Below, piece after piece: positions 48,201 through 60,860 of a DNA stretch of 64,000 nucleotides (position 1 is the first letter of the stretch; each line of letters begins with the position of its first letter). Position numbers and translations under genes: made by a program. Origin of the DNA: Lytechinus pictus (taxonomy: Eukaryota); contig NC_087246.1 of the NCBI RefSeq assembly GCF_037042905.1, positions 57,288,001-57,352,000 on the forward strand, read 5' to 3'. The notes under the pieces are model-generated. The model worked only from the letters and a program-made list of their open reading frames with translations. It made no database searches and was not told where the DNA came from.

Positions 48201-51200
48201 ACACTGCATATATCCATGCATTGACCACCATGGCATATGACAAGGCCTGTATATAAACTATAGTGTCATAGAAATGAGCTTCAAAGGTTTAGAATTAGAT
48301 TGTGAATTTGATTCCTTGTCAGCTGATGTACATGGTGAAACCAGCAAATTAAATTACACTTACATGTAAATATCACATACATGTATATACGTACATCACA
48401 TTTTTAGCCATATCTTCTTCATTTGGAGGCTTTTTTTTAACCTGGTTCTGGTGTCTAACTGGCCTATGTTTATGGGGTCAGGTAACTACTAGTATCATGG
48501 TAACGCTGATCAACCGCCAATCAGAATAAAGGATTGCATGCAAGTTACCATTAAGTTAAGTTAACATAATGGTAAATTTTTATGCAACGGGGCCCAGAAT
48601 AGCTACAGTGTAAATTACCTCTCTCCGCCCCCTGAATTAGCATATTTGACAAAACATGTCCTCAATTTCTGAGACAAAACATATCTTCAATTTCTGAGGC
48701 ATCTAATTCTAAGCCTGAGAGCTCATTTCTATGACACTATAGTTTATACAAGCCTTGTTATCTGTCATGGTGGCCAATGCATTTATGCAGTGCAGTATGT
48801 ATGTACACTACATTGTACATATGTATACTGTATAGCCCCAATGGATAATTGACATTTTTTTATTTAATAAGATATATTTCACAAATATCCGTAAAACCCA
48901 AAGTGGAGGAATAAAAGCAATATAGCTATATGAAGCTGCTTGATATTGTTGACCTCGTACCATCTAATATCCCAGAACCCCAGGATGATAAAACCTACTT
49001 TTTGGCTGAAAAAAGGCTACAAAAATGGGAAAATTTAGGTATAATTACCTTTTAACTCTACAAATAATGGTTTAAAAGTACTAATTATGGGAAAAACAAA
49101 TTGCCTGCCCCCCAAAACATATGAATAGACACCAAAACCAGAGAAATTGACCACCAAATAAAAAAGTTGTGGCCAAAACTGTGATTTTTGGGGGTTTTGG
49201 CGGCCATTTTGGATTTTGGCCCGGCACACTTTTTTCTCGGACCCGAGACAAAATATATTGTCATTTCATGTTAAGATACATTAAAAGGAATAAAAAAAAA
49301 CTGTTGTCATATTGAAATTACAAAAAAAGTATTTTTGACCCATGTATAGCCCACTCCTACTTTAAGTAACATACATTGATATAATTGAACATTTAACATT
49401 CAAGAATGAAAATGTATTGTGTAAAGTATTATCAATCATATTACAAATTACAAGTTCGGTAAACCAGCCTACTAAAGATGGAAATACAGAGTAATAATAA
49501 CAATAATAAAAGCAATGATGCTTATTAATCCAACAGCTGGAATAGTTAAGTTAAGAATGAATTACGGTACCATAAATACAATGACATACATTAAATATAT
49601 CAATAATAGATACTACAATAGCTATACATACACAAACAAAAAATTAAGGAATATTGATATTGACAAGATTAAACTTAAGGGGAGATTTGTAGCAGTTTTT
49701 ACCTGTACAAAAATTATATCAGTATGGATGTTTGCACCCCAATTACTTATTTTTTTGCAATAAATTTAAACTTGGCTCATTTAGCTCATAGTTATGTGCA
49801 GTCTGTGATGATAATGTGAATATACTGTAAAAGGGAACCATATCCAAGTGAACTTTTTTTTTTTTTTTTGGAATAAAAATATAGAAGTTGAACAAAAATT
49901 TTGACAAATAATGATTTGTTTAAAAAAGTTGCAGAAAATTGTAATCACAACATTTGGTATATGACAGGCCTTAAAAAGAGGAAAAGAAAAAAAAATAATA
50001 GAACATTAATTGAAAAAAATTAAGGAGAAAGAAGCTATTCATCCTTTCAAATAAAGAAAAAAGCTCTGAAAAGCACTTGGCAAAAATAGTAATTTTTCGA
50101 CTGGTTGCCAGCCAAACCAAACTCGAAGAAGAGAAGAAGAAAGGCAATGGGCTTGCATTGAGTTGCCAATTTGAAATTTGCATCATGTTAGTCATCTCAT
50201 TTTCAAACATTCATAACTTTCTAATTCTTTGTCTATTTTTTCTTCTTCAAAATGTCACGATCAATAAAAAACAAAAGAAATAGTGATTGAGGGCCATCAT
50301 CACTGAGTTGTACATATCACTGTTTTGTGAAAAATAAGGGAAATTTTAAAATGTCATACCTTTCTTATTTTGCATCTGATATTGATGAAATTTTCAGCGC
50401 TTGCTAATTAGATTTTTTTTCTATTTATTCGAATCAACATTTTTTTGGAGTGGACCTGACCTTTATAAAAAAAAAGGGGGATGTCCACATCAATTTCAAG
50501 TACTTTTTTGCTTCTTTTTGTTTTTGTTTACTGAATGCACATATTGGCAACTTCCCCATTATATGCCCTAATTTGTTAAAGTGAAATTCTTTTCACAATT
50601 GAAAATAATTTTTATGAGTACATTAAGTGTATCAGGCACATTATACTTTTCTATTTAAAGGTTAAACACCATGATTTATTGAAAATGGATCTGATAGCTG
50701 CTCACATAAAATGATACAAACTCAAAGATTTGACAATGTACATAACTCTTTTTTCTAGATACATTAAAAAAAAATTATGTTCTCATATTTTATATCAATA
50801 TTGATAGAGGTAGGGTACAAAATGATGATGTTTCAGTTTGCTTAGGGCACCAGCTTACAGGAAAAAGGGTGTTCTCCTTAGCATTTTGATACCTCATTTA
50901 ACAAAATCAGTCATCACCATCACCCTTTTATGACCCTGTATAGCCCACCTCTAATATTAAAACTAACTACATTTCTACATTACAGCCTACCAACTCTTCC
51001 TTTAAATATCAACTTTTCACTTGAACCTCAGGGTTTTGAAACAGGAAAAAGGGTGTTCTCCTTAGCATTTTGATACATTTAATAAAATTGGTCATCTCTC
51101 TTTTTTGACCGGACCCTGTATAGCCCACCTTTAATATTAAAACTAAGTACACTTCTACATTACAGTCTACCAACTCTCCCTTTAAATCAACTTTTCACTT

Positions 51201-54200
51201 GAACCTCGGGGTTTTGAAACAAGTTTCACTTTCATTGTTGATGATGTCATGAACATTTTCTAAAAAGGAAGGATTTCCTTGATTATGAGTCACATTGTTG
51301 TGGTCATTTCAATAAATCAATATTGTTATGACATTCCTACCACAAGTAATGAGTTAACACTCGGCCTGCCTTGCATAAATTATGAATTGTGGCTGTACAC
51401 TTCCCTGACAATAATTATAAAAATTATGGAACATATTGAACATTGCATGCTCCAGCCAGTGACATTAATTGGCAAATAGAGGTACATGTACATGTGGGTT
51501 ACTTTGAGAAAAAAAATAGGGATTTGTTTTGTATTTGTTTATGCCTTATTATAGGGCTTTTAACCATGTACTTGTAGCCCCATTTAACCAACAAAATGGG
51601 TGATTTCAAGATTGATGTTCATTGTTGGTGGAGTTTTTAAGACCACTTTGCCTCGTTAAACTGGTTTAAGTTTAGGTGAGGCCACAATTTGTTCTTCAGG
51701 AAGCTATCTTTACATGGAAGTCTGAGAGTGTGTGCATGCTGTGTGTACGCTGCAGTTTCAAATTTCATGCAAAACGTGACCCCACTGAGGGCATTCCCAT
51801 AGCAACAAGACCACTTTAAGTGAAGCAGGGCATTTGTATACTCAGGCAAAAAACGCTTTATAAATCCAGCTATTATTTTTTAAATTTTATTAAAGGGAGA
51901 TCCGGGCTGAAAATATTTATATCTAAATAAATAGTGTAAAATTCACCGAGCAAAATGCTAAAAATTTCATCAAAATCGAGTAACAAAGTTATTGAATTTT
52001 AAAATTTAGCAATATTTTGTGAAAATAGTTATATGCACGTCATCATGAATATTCATTAGGTGGGCTGATCATGTCACATCCCCAAATTCCTTTTTCTTAT
52101 GTTACTACATATGTAAATGATGTGTCTCCATTATGATGAAATAAGTTGCAGCAATAAATAACTAATGCACTTAATCAGTTGTCAATGCAATTGTTTTAGT
52201 TCTTGGTAATTTTTTTTTTAATAAACCTAATTTCATATAATAAAATACAAAAGAAAAAGTGGGGATATGACATCATCAGCCCACCTAATGAATATTCATA
52301 AAGACATACCTAAAACTGTTTCACCGGTATAATGCAAATCTTAGTTTAAAATTCAATAACTTTGTTATTTCTTATCCGATTTTGATCAAATTTTCAGCAT
52401 TTTGCTCTGTGAATTTTACTCTATTTATTGAGATATAAATTTTTCCAGCCTGGACCATCCCTTTAAACCACTTTAGGAGATGAGAACGCTAGTGTAGTGA
52501 TCTCTTAAACTGTTTTTTTTTTTGGTTTGAGGAAAACCAGTTCAAGGAGGTAGATGAGAATGGGGTCTAAAGCTGTAGAGTCAAACTCACTGGTGTACCG
52601 ATGGGAGGGGGGGGGGCTTGGGAGGGCTCTTTCACTACCAAGAAAAAAAAGAGAATAGGAAAAAGAGAAAGATGAGATATCGATATCATTTTCTGAATAT
52701 TATGTAAAAATCTATCACTAGATTGGATATTTGTAACGAAAATGTCAAGAATTTTGCTTGCTTGCTTCAACAAAAAATAATAATTCAGGAAATGGTTTTG
52801 AATGATAACATTGAGTCATTATCCAATCCACCTGGCATTTTTAGCCATTTCCTTGTTTTTGTTTCATTCATGAAGAAATGACACTGTGGAAGTGGTTTAA
52901 AGGGGAAGTTCACCCCTGCCATGAGGTTGGTTTTTATAATTAAGCGGAAAAAACCCAAATAAACACATTACTGAAGAATGAGATTTGTTGAAAATTCATC
53001 AAAGATCAACAGAGTTATGGATTTTTTTTTTTTTTTTTGGGGGGGGGGTAGCACCACATGTACCCCATTGGCCACGTGAAGTAAACTCCATAAAATGAAA
53101 TTTTCTCAGAAAATTGAAAGCGATTTCACTTACAAGTGCATTCATTGAATCATTGCATGTACCATTTCAAACCAGCTTCAATACAAATATTTTCAATTCA
53201 TCATGAATCATATTAAAGAAAATTGAATTTATACATGATAAATGGGGCTGTAGCTCGTATGTATTTGGATGTCACAAATCATTAAAAGTACATGACTCTT
53301 ATTCTTTGATGGAATTTTATCAAATCTTTACTGATTTTCATTTCTCCCTTTTTTTCTGCATTAAGGATGAACTTCTCCTTTAAAAGCTGAACCCCCATGA
53401 GTTTTGTGTTTTGATTTAAGTACACTTTTAGAGTGTGCTATATTGATTTGTATAGAAACATGATAAAAGGTAACTAGAGAAAGTTAAACACTTGAAAGAA
53501 ATTATATAATGATGAGAAAGTTATGGCTGCTTGAAAACTCAGACTGTCAATTTGAAAAGTAGATGTTTAATGGTATGGGATATATGTGTTTGAATTATAT
53601 TAAGGCATTTGTTGTTTAGCGCCCCCCTAGTGTATTGTGTATTGGAGCAAATTGAGGAGCAGACCGTAATAACCTAACAGTAACATTTACTTTACTGCAT
53701 CATCATCACCTACCTGCCCCCATGCATGAATGCCTTCTTCTCCCTACTTCTAGTTAAAAAGGTTTTGGACCCTAAATTATTTCAACAACTGATCCAAGTA
53801 TCTTTATGAATCTATTTCAAATAATAGTCTAACCATTAGACTCTGTTTACAGCAACTTGAAACATTTCAAACTTCTAGACGATGATCAAACGCTCTATTT
53901 TCATTACTTTTCATAGACATCTGTTATCACTTTAAAACCCTTGTACCGGATAGTTTTTCATGTAAGGTGTAGTCATGTGATTTAGGTTGATCCAGTCTTT
54001 ACTTCCTTCCTGATTACAGAGCTCATTGCTGAAAGGAAAGTTTCAGAAAGTCGATCTTCGCCTTCATAAATGCTCTTGCTTCTGTTGGAATCAGTTCATA
54101 ATGCCTGTTACAAGAGAATGCCAGTGCTTTGTAGATTACATGTAGTTTGAAATTTGTTCTTGGTGTTGTGTTGTGACCAATCTAGTCCTCTTGAAGGATA

Positions 54201-57200
54201 TCTTTGATTCTGATATCAGATGTAGGTTTTAACTGGGAAGCTGTGGAAAATTAAGACTTTGTTTCCTTAGAAAGGAGTTGTATTTGAAAGAGATAACTGA
54301 GCTGTTGCAATGTCTGAAATGCATGGTAAGTCAGTATGAATTTGTACTGTTAATATTCAACTTTACTTTTCTGCATGTAGCCATGATGTTTTTCTTTGTC
54401 TAGGCCCTGTCTACATAAACTTCATGCCACATAAAACTGATGTCTTAAGTGGAATGAGTTCTTCTCTGTCTATAATCTTCTAAGAGCTCTGTTGTCCCTC
54501 ATGCTATGGAAGTTACCATTGGATGCAGTATCGTAATGAGCAACAATTTTTGAGGGGGACAGGTATGCTTTACGGGTCTATATTTCTAAGAAACTGCAAG
54601 CGAGAAAAATTTTACCTTTTTTTTTACAAAATTTGGTTTTGCGATGAGATTTCGACATGATATCCGGAAAATACCTACCGTATTTCACCCTCTTTCCTTT
54701 TTCTTTCTTTTTCTCCTTTTTTTCTTGGACATGAAACTTTTTTTTTTGAGGGTTAGGGGACCACTGCCCCCTCATCCATGTGACATTGATTTATAGATGA
54801 CAGATTTGACTACAATATACAAAGAGGAAGAGGAGATACCCCCTCCTTTTTAAGTATAACTAGGGGAGAAAAGAGGAAAGGTGGTATTTCATAACCCCTT
54901 AACACATATTTATCTTCTTTTTCTTCCTCTTTAGGATTCACAGGTAGTGTCCATAGTCGGCAAGAGCACCTCCAACCCAACAAGTTCCTTCCTGGACGGA
55001 CGATCTTTGAGGTTGTCTCGGCCAAGACGATGAAAGATGGCTACAAGAAATTTGTGGTAGGTTTTAATGGCACCAATAGAAACTAATTATATACAGAGAT
55101 GTGGTGTCGAGTTCTTTTTCCACTTTCACATTCTGTCTGTACTTTAAAAAGCAATGGTTAAAAAAGGTTCCATTTGTTAACTGTTAAGCATAATTGATTT
55201 CTTCTTCTTCTTCTTTTTTTTTGGAGGGGGATTCTTACAAGTTTTTATGAGTTATTGATGTTAAAGCTAAATGAAAGTAGTTGCAGTAAAACACTGATTT
55301 CATGAGAAAGTCTGTAACACCAAGGTTAAGTATTTCTATATCATTGTGGATCTAGATCTGGTATTTACATAAACTGAACTTTGTGAAATCATAAAAACCT
55401 AAGCTAAAAAGCGATCACATTGAAGATCGCCAACACAGATACTCACACGTGGGACAGTGTATATTATTATTGCTGGAATAAAGACCCGACGGAAGTGCCC
55501 GAATCTGCTTATTTTGCTTATTTCTCAGCAATTACACAATTTCTTCCAGAATCCTTTGGCACATATTTTTTATTCATACAAACAGACACTTGGGTGGTCA
55601 TTATATTGGATTCTGTAAAAAGTCATTTTGAGATCGTTACCACAACTGGCGTTTATCTTGAACTAGCATGCCTTTAGAGAAATCTATAATGCTTGTTTTT
55701 CTGACTGGTAGAGGTACCATCCATTCCAGTTCACCTTGTGTTAATTGCAAATTCAAAAGTTATTATTAACCATTGTGCAGTGGACTGATTTGAATGTCTC
55801 CAATTTCAAATGACGTACATAAAAAAATGCATACCAATTCAATTTGGTTTATTATGATAAGACATTGTAAAACAGACACATAACAGAAGTTAACAAAGTT
55901 AACAGAAAAAAGGAAAAATACATTAAATTATATACCTACGAATTAACAAAATATAATAAGAACATAATAGTAAGATTTTAATATAGCACTCGAGGTTCTA
56001 CACATTACAGAAATATCATTAAGGGGATAATGCTATATAAAGAGAAAATGGAATGACCGATAAAAACACACAAAAGTATTGGGATATGTATTATGTTGAT
56101 TGATTTCAATGTAAACTGAGGGGAAAAAAAACTTTTGTAAATTATGAAAAAGGAGGTGAAGGGTAAAGGGAAGAAAACAATTTTATACTTTTACACACAA
56201 ATTATATACCAACATGAACAAGGGTTGACTCAGTTTATTGTTCTTACATGTAAGCCTGCATGTATGTATCTTACAATGTGGGATCCACTGCAATGTATTT
56301 TTTTAATAGTTGGCAGAAGATTTACCATTAGTAAATACAAGCCATGTATATTACTGGTGACTCTGCCTTAGTCAAATCATATTGGACCACAGAACTCTGC
56401 TTGACTAAGGAGAAATTTGACTTTAATAAACGACTATTCGACATAGGGAAGGTCGACTTTAGGCAGAGTTACCTTTACCTGTATATCAGTTAGTTTGGCT
56501 TTTGAATGAAATGGCTTGGCCCCTTTTCACACAGAAAGGCTAGGATACATGTATGCTTTAATGCTGGTTTTATTGGCAATAGCATCATAAGTCTACTTAT
56601 AATACTATTTCAAACAGGGCCTCATCGGTTCTGAATAAATGTCAGAGCAGTTGTTGCTGTCAATTAAGCCTAAAATTCATATATGCAGTGTATTCAATAC
56701 ACATGGGTCATCAATGACACTCACTAGACAGTCAGAGACCAGTTAATATCTCTGCCGGGACATTTAAGTTTGGCCCAATTTACTGGCCTAACACGACCAA
56801 TAAAAATTATATAGTCAGTGATCTATTAATTGAGATAATAAGTATATAAACATGTATTTCAATATTTTTCTTTATACATGCATTTGGGATAATAGTATAG
56901 TCAATTTGAGGTTGGAAAAGGGGAAAAAAATGTGAACTACTATTCTGACTTGCTCATGTCAGCCCAGTATAGAAGATTGGTTAGTGTTGAGCTCTGTTAT
57001 ACATATTACTTATTAACCGGGTAGTAATAATTACATTTAGTGCTTATATAGAAATGCAAAGTATTAAGTGCTTTATAAATGTAAACTAATCATTATTATT
57101 ATTGTTTAGAACCTGAATTATTGGGATTCCATTAGTTTACCTACATGTATTAATGCTAATCATCATTTACGTGTATGTCAAGAATCAGATGGCTCTGAGC

Positions 57201-58841
57201 AAATTCCACATTGTGAGGCAGGCCCCCTTCCATGAATTCACCCCTCATGTAGTGTAGATTGAATGTCGATCAAAATAATGCTGCTTGGCAATAAAAATTG
57301 CATTCATGAGTTTTGAAATAGTCCACATGATTTTCTATGAGTGCAGCAAAGAAATAATACAGCTTATCATCATGTTTCTCTAAGAAACATGATCTTCAAC
57401 AGCAGAATGAATAAGCCGCATTATTTGAGATTGCTGTTCAAGTCCAAGGAGGACTAAAATAATGCGGCTTATTCTGGTCCTCAACCTTCCATTAATTGAA
57501 ATAAGACATATCTGAGTCGCATCCAATCCGAAAGGGGTATCAAGTGGGACCTGCCTTTTAAAGCCTGCTTTAAGTAGGTTTCACAGATAGTGTTTCCTGA
57601 TATTGAGTCTGAAGCTGTCTCACTTGTCCTTCTTTAGTTTCAAAATAATGGGTCTTGTTTGGACTCTGTTACTTTCGTATTCACTTCTTTATACATGAAA
57701 TCAATGCCATGAGAGTAATTATAATTGGACTCGAAACTTCTCATCATGTTTTTTTACTGCATTATATTTCAGTTCATTATCTGCTTTCTCTTTTGGTATT
57801 GCATATTATTGTTGATCCCGACACTGATTTATCCAGATACATTATTTCATACCCCCCTCGGAGAATCGCACCTAGAGGAAGCCTTAACTATGATTATATT
57901 GTTATGTGAGAATAAACATGTGAGATTATAAGTTATTTCAAATCCAAAGGTTTTGAAAATAAATTCCATGCTGTACATATAAAGTTACAACGTATATTGA
58001 AAACTTGAGAACACTATTAAGTAGGCATCAAGTCTACTAAATTTCTCGATTTCCTGTTCAAATAAATGAATACAGTAGTTTATTGGTTGAAATTTTCAAC
58101 TTGATAATTTTGCTCTGATATTGAATCTTTATCACATTTTATCCTCACTTTTATCTCTTTCAGCTGTACAGCATTGCAGTGCTACGGACCATAGGAACAG
58201 ACACATCTCAGGCTATCATCGAGAGGCGATATTCAGAATTCCATGAGTTGAACAGTGCCCTCAAGAAGCATTTTCCCCATGCCATGGAGTCTGTGGTCTT
58301 CCCCAAGAAGGCAGTCACCGGAAACTACAAGCACCAATTCATTGCGGAGCGCAGTAGGGCCTTTGAACAATACCTTAGCCACACCTTCCAGAACGACGAA
58401 ATCCGCATGAGTGTGGAGTTCCAGGAATTCTTTTACAACCAGGACCTGAGGCGCGCCTACAGGTACATGTCCAAGAAGAACTTTGAGGAAGCGTTGCCTC
58501 TCCTACAGAATGCGCTCCACCTCCAGGAGAAGATGATCGGGGAAAAGCACCATGATACAATCCGAACATCCTGTGCAATCATCGTGGTTTATCTATCTCG
58601 CCTAGAGAGCCAACCCCACGTGCTTGGCTACGCCGAGAAGGCGCTGTCGGACATTGGTGATGATGAAACCAACCCGTTCTTGATCCCTCTCCTACAGACA
58701 TTGATTGGGGTTAGGTGGAGACTCCAAAAAGACAAGAGAGACTTGGAAGTCAGGCTGTCCCGCTATGTCAAGCCTGGACTAGGGGGAGGTGATATGCCCA
58801 CACTAGAGGAATTAGTCATGCAAAGTCTATCTCATTTATGA
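45015..58841 (+). CDS. SNX21: Sorting nexin-21-like (SNX20/21 PX-PXB family); join(45015-45207, 54935-55056, 58164-58841), 330 aa
   Basis: Phase-compatible GT-AG introns; acidic N-terminus; PX domain (IFEVVSA...FVLYSIAV...RRYSEFHEL...FPKK...IAERSRAFEQYL) followed by the TPR-like PXB region (RWRLQKDKRDLE...PTLEELV). The start could be 45024; this is probably the pro-orthologue of vertebrate SNX20 and SNX21. Confidence 0.85.
46203..46276. repeat. 74-bp spacer-less palindrome
   Basis: 37-bp arms with only 2 mismatches, both G.U-compatible on the + strand. Confidence 0.9.
47084..47667 (+). mobile_element. Kolobok/T2-type MITE family A, copy 3
   Basis: TTAA TSD (47080-47083, 47668-47671); near-identical to 17100-17682. 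Confidence 0.88.
47672..49361. mobile_element. 1.7-kb foldback element with TTAA flanks
   Basis: 16-bp TIR GTAGGAGTGGGCTATA / TATAGCCCACTCCTAC; arms of about 560 bp (about 47735-48300 and 48701-49290) around a spacer of about 400 bp. Confidence 0.85.
50857..51218 (+). repeat. Tandem duplication, 2 units of about 180 bp
   Basis: Both units run ACAGGAAAAAGGGTGTTCTCCTTAGCATTTTGATAC...GGGTTTTGAA (junction at 51040/51041). Confidence 0.85.
51894..52462. mobile_element. Kolobok/T2-type MITE family B, copy 2
   Basis: TTAA TSD; AGGGA... / GACCATCCCT; homologous to 30233-30812. Confidence 0.85.
52901..53379. mobile_element. Older Kolobok/T2-type MITE (family E)
   Basis: TTAA TSD; AGGGGAAGTTCACCC / GGATGAACTTCTCCT; a similar left end lies at about 61891. 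Confidence 0.7.
54935..55056 (+). CDS. SNX21: SNX21-like coding exon 2
   Basis: Strong pyrimidine tract plus ttag; FTGSVHS...TIFEVVSAKTMKDGYKKFV; donor GTAGGT. Confidence 0.88.
58164..58841 (+). CDS. SNX21: SNX21-like coding exon 3 (PX core and PXB)
   Basis: Acceptor ctttcag; LYSIAVLRTIG...SLSHL stop. Confidence 0.92.
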   Translation: MYSIAVLRTIGTDTSQAIIERRYSEFHELNSALKKHFPHAMESVVFPKKAVTGNYKHQFIAERSRAFEQYLSHTFQNDEIRMSVEFQEFFYNQDLRRAYRYMSKKNFEEALPLLQNALHLQEKMIGEKHHDTIRTSCAIIVVYLSRLESQPHVLGYAEKALSDIGDDETNPFLIPLLQTLIGVRWRLQKDKRDLEVRLSRYVKPGLGGGDMPTLEELVMQSLSHL

Positions 58842-59749
58842 AGTTCTGCCATTTTCATTGTCATTAATTGCATTTTTTATCTTGTATATTATCATGTACA
58901 GCAGTATATAGAGTTGGTCAGTAAAACAAGTTTTATGCTTTCCACGTGTATGTGTACTGTTATTTATCTGAGACGTGTCTGTGATATTTTTTTGTAGAGA
59001 ACAGGGGCTGTTAACATAGAAGAAATATGTTTGATCTTTATATGATACAATTGATTACAATTTATTTGTACATGGATTTCTATAGACTTTACAGTTACAC
59101 TTAATTGTACAATGGCACAATTCTTGTCTGGTGACATTTGGAAACTTTTTGGCTGAAGTCAGGTAGCTTCTGGTTATCTTAGAGTCATGTTAGAAGTTCA
59201 GCTGTCATGCATGTAGACTTCATGTATTTTACATGGGGACCTTCTGTGTTGTAATGATTTTCACGTATTTTTTTATTCAATATGACTGCCACTATCAATC
59301 TTTGAGCTGTTTTAAAATCACCAATGTGCTACATGTACATGTAGTTGTTATCAATAAAATTTGCTTTGGTTTCTTATTTTTTCTAATTTCACAAGACCTT
59401 GTGAACTGTGAAGTGTAGTCTACACTCATTTGATGTGCTTTCAATTTGGTCTAATTGCAATTTGGTCTACACTATACTTCAAACTTGGTCTAATACCCAT
59501 TTAGTCTATTTAATCTAATACTCAAGTGGTCTAATTTCCACTACGTCAAATGAAAAATTTGATTCATAAACAATTCATCAAATAATATACATGTACACTA
59601 AGTGGTATAAGACAAGGGGCTCGAAACTCAAAGCTTACCAATTTTTGTAGATCATTTTTTTCACAATCGATTGCATAAACAACAATGTACAATTAACAGT
59701 GAAGATCAAGCAAACGATCAATCGCAAACCTTTGTGTTACAGTTCCCAG

Positions 59750-59948
59750 GGTGGTGTTTCATAAAGCTGTTCGTAAAGTTACGCACAACTTTACGAACGA
59801 CTGGAACATGTTCTTACACATAAGTCAGCTATATAGGGATATATCATATAGCACAAGAAAGGGTCACCAGTCGTGCGTAAAGTCATTCGTAACTTACGAA
59901 CAGCTTTATGAAACGGGCCCCTGGGGCCCGTTTCATAAAGCTGTTCGT
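59750..59948. mobile_element. Harbinger-type palindromic MITE plus the start of a second copy
   Basis: Arms GTTTCATAAAGCTGTTCGTAA / TTACGAACAGCTTTATGAAAC; cag/ctg flanks; a further end GGGCCCGTTTCATAAAGCTGTTCGT at 59924-59948. Confidence 0.75.
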
Positions 59949-60639
59949 GTGTATATTAGATGAAGTGGCCTTTTGAAGTGGAAATTAGACGAAATGGTAA
60001 ATATGTTTAATTTTTAATTGCCCATATTCTTAAGTTGGGTTTAATTGAAACACTGGTCTAAAGTTGTGGCTCAACTATGGATAGCCAGTCATGAAACAAA
60101 TCTTGATCAGTACAAGTTTAATTTATTAGCTCATTTGTTACTCAGATCACTCATAGCGGTCAGTTAGAATAAAAACTGAATTAGTTTTCTTCCCATTTTA
60201 GCAGAATGATAAAAACACTGTAAACAGAAGAAACATATAATGTGAACAAAATTTTGACATTTTTGGCTTCCCATATTTTTAGCACAGAGTTAGACCCTGG
60301 TCTAATTTAAACCCGACTTCAGAATATGGGTCAATGAGAAGAATTTATTGTAGACTATTAGACTATCTACATGTTGGATGAGACCAAACAAAACTACTGA
60401 CTATGTATTTCTAAGATCACTTCTTGAGTGCTATGTTTTGTCATATTTTGTATTCTGACTCTTGGCCTATCTTTGTATCAGGTCAAGAGTTCATGAACGT
60501 GTAGGTATTTTTTGAGGTAACGGTGTAATGAAATCTTTTGCTATGATATAATAGACACCATGTCAAAAGTCGGAACTGCTATTTTCCTCAGAAATCCTGT
60601 GAATGTGCTAATTTTCAGATTTCATCAAAGGAATAATAA

Positions 60640-60860
60640 TAATAATGTCATATTCTACACAGGGTAGCCACTTCAATTCCGAAAACTGTTCTCCCAGCAG
60701 GCCCTTCTTTACATGATCGGTTATTATTACCCCAGCTTTAGCACGGCTACCTTGATCAGGCGCTCGAGCATTCGAGGAATTCCTTCCTACCGGGTACCCA
60801 TTCACCTCACCTGGGTTGAGTGCAGCACAATGTGGGTAAATTTATTGCTGAAAGAAAACC
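60640..60860 (-). mobile_element. SINE remnant (best-preserved core copy)
   Basis: Reverse complement of the core CACTCAACCCAGGTGAGGTGAATGGGTACC; ATT-repeat tail. Confidence 0.6.

Noticed and set aside
47792-49229. Twin ORFs MCRAKIQNGR... on opposite strands
   Set aside because: They are the two arms of the foldback element and have no transposase motifs.
57409-57474. 18-bp inverted repeat GAATAAGCCGCATTATTT
   Set aside because: Most likely a tiny MITE remnant; nothing supports a structured RNA.
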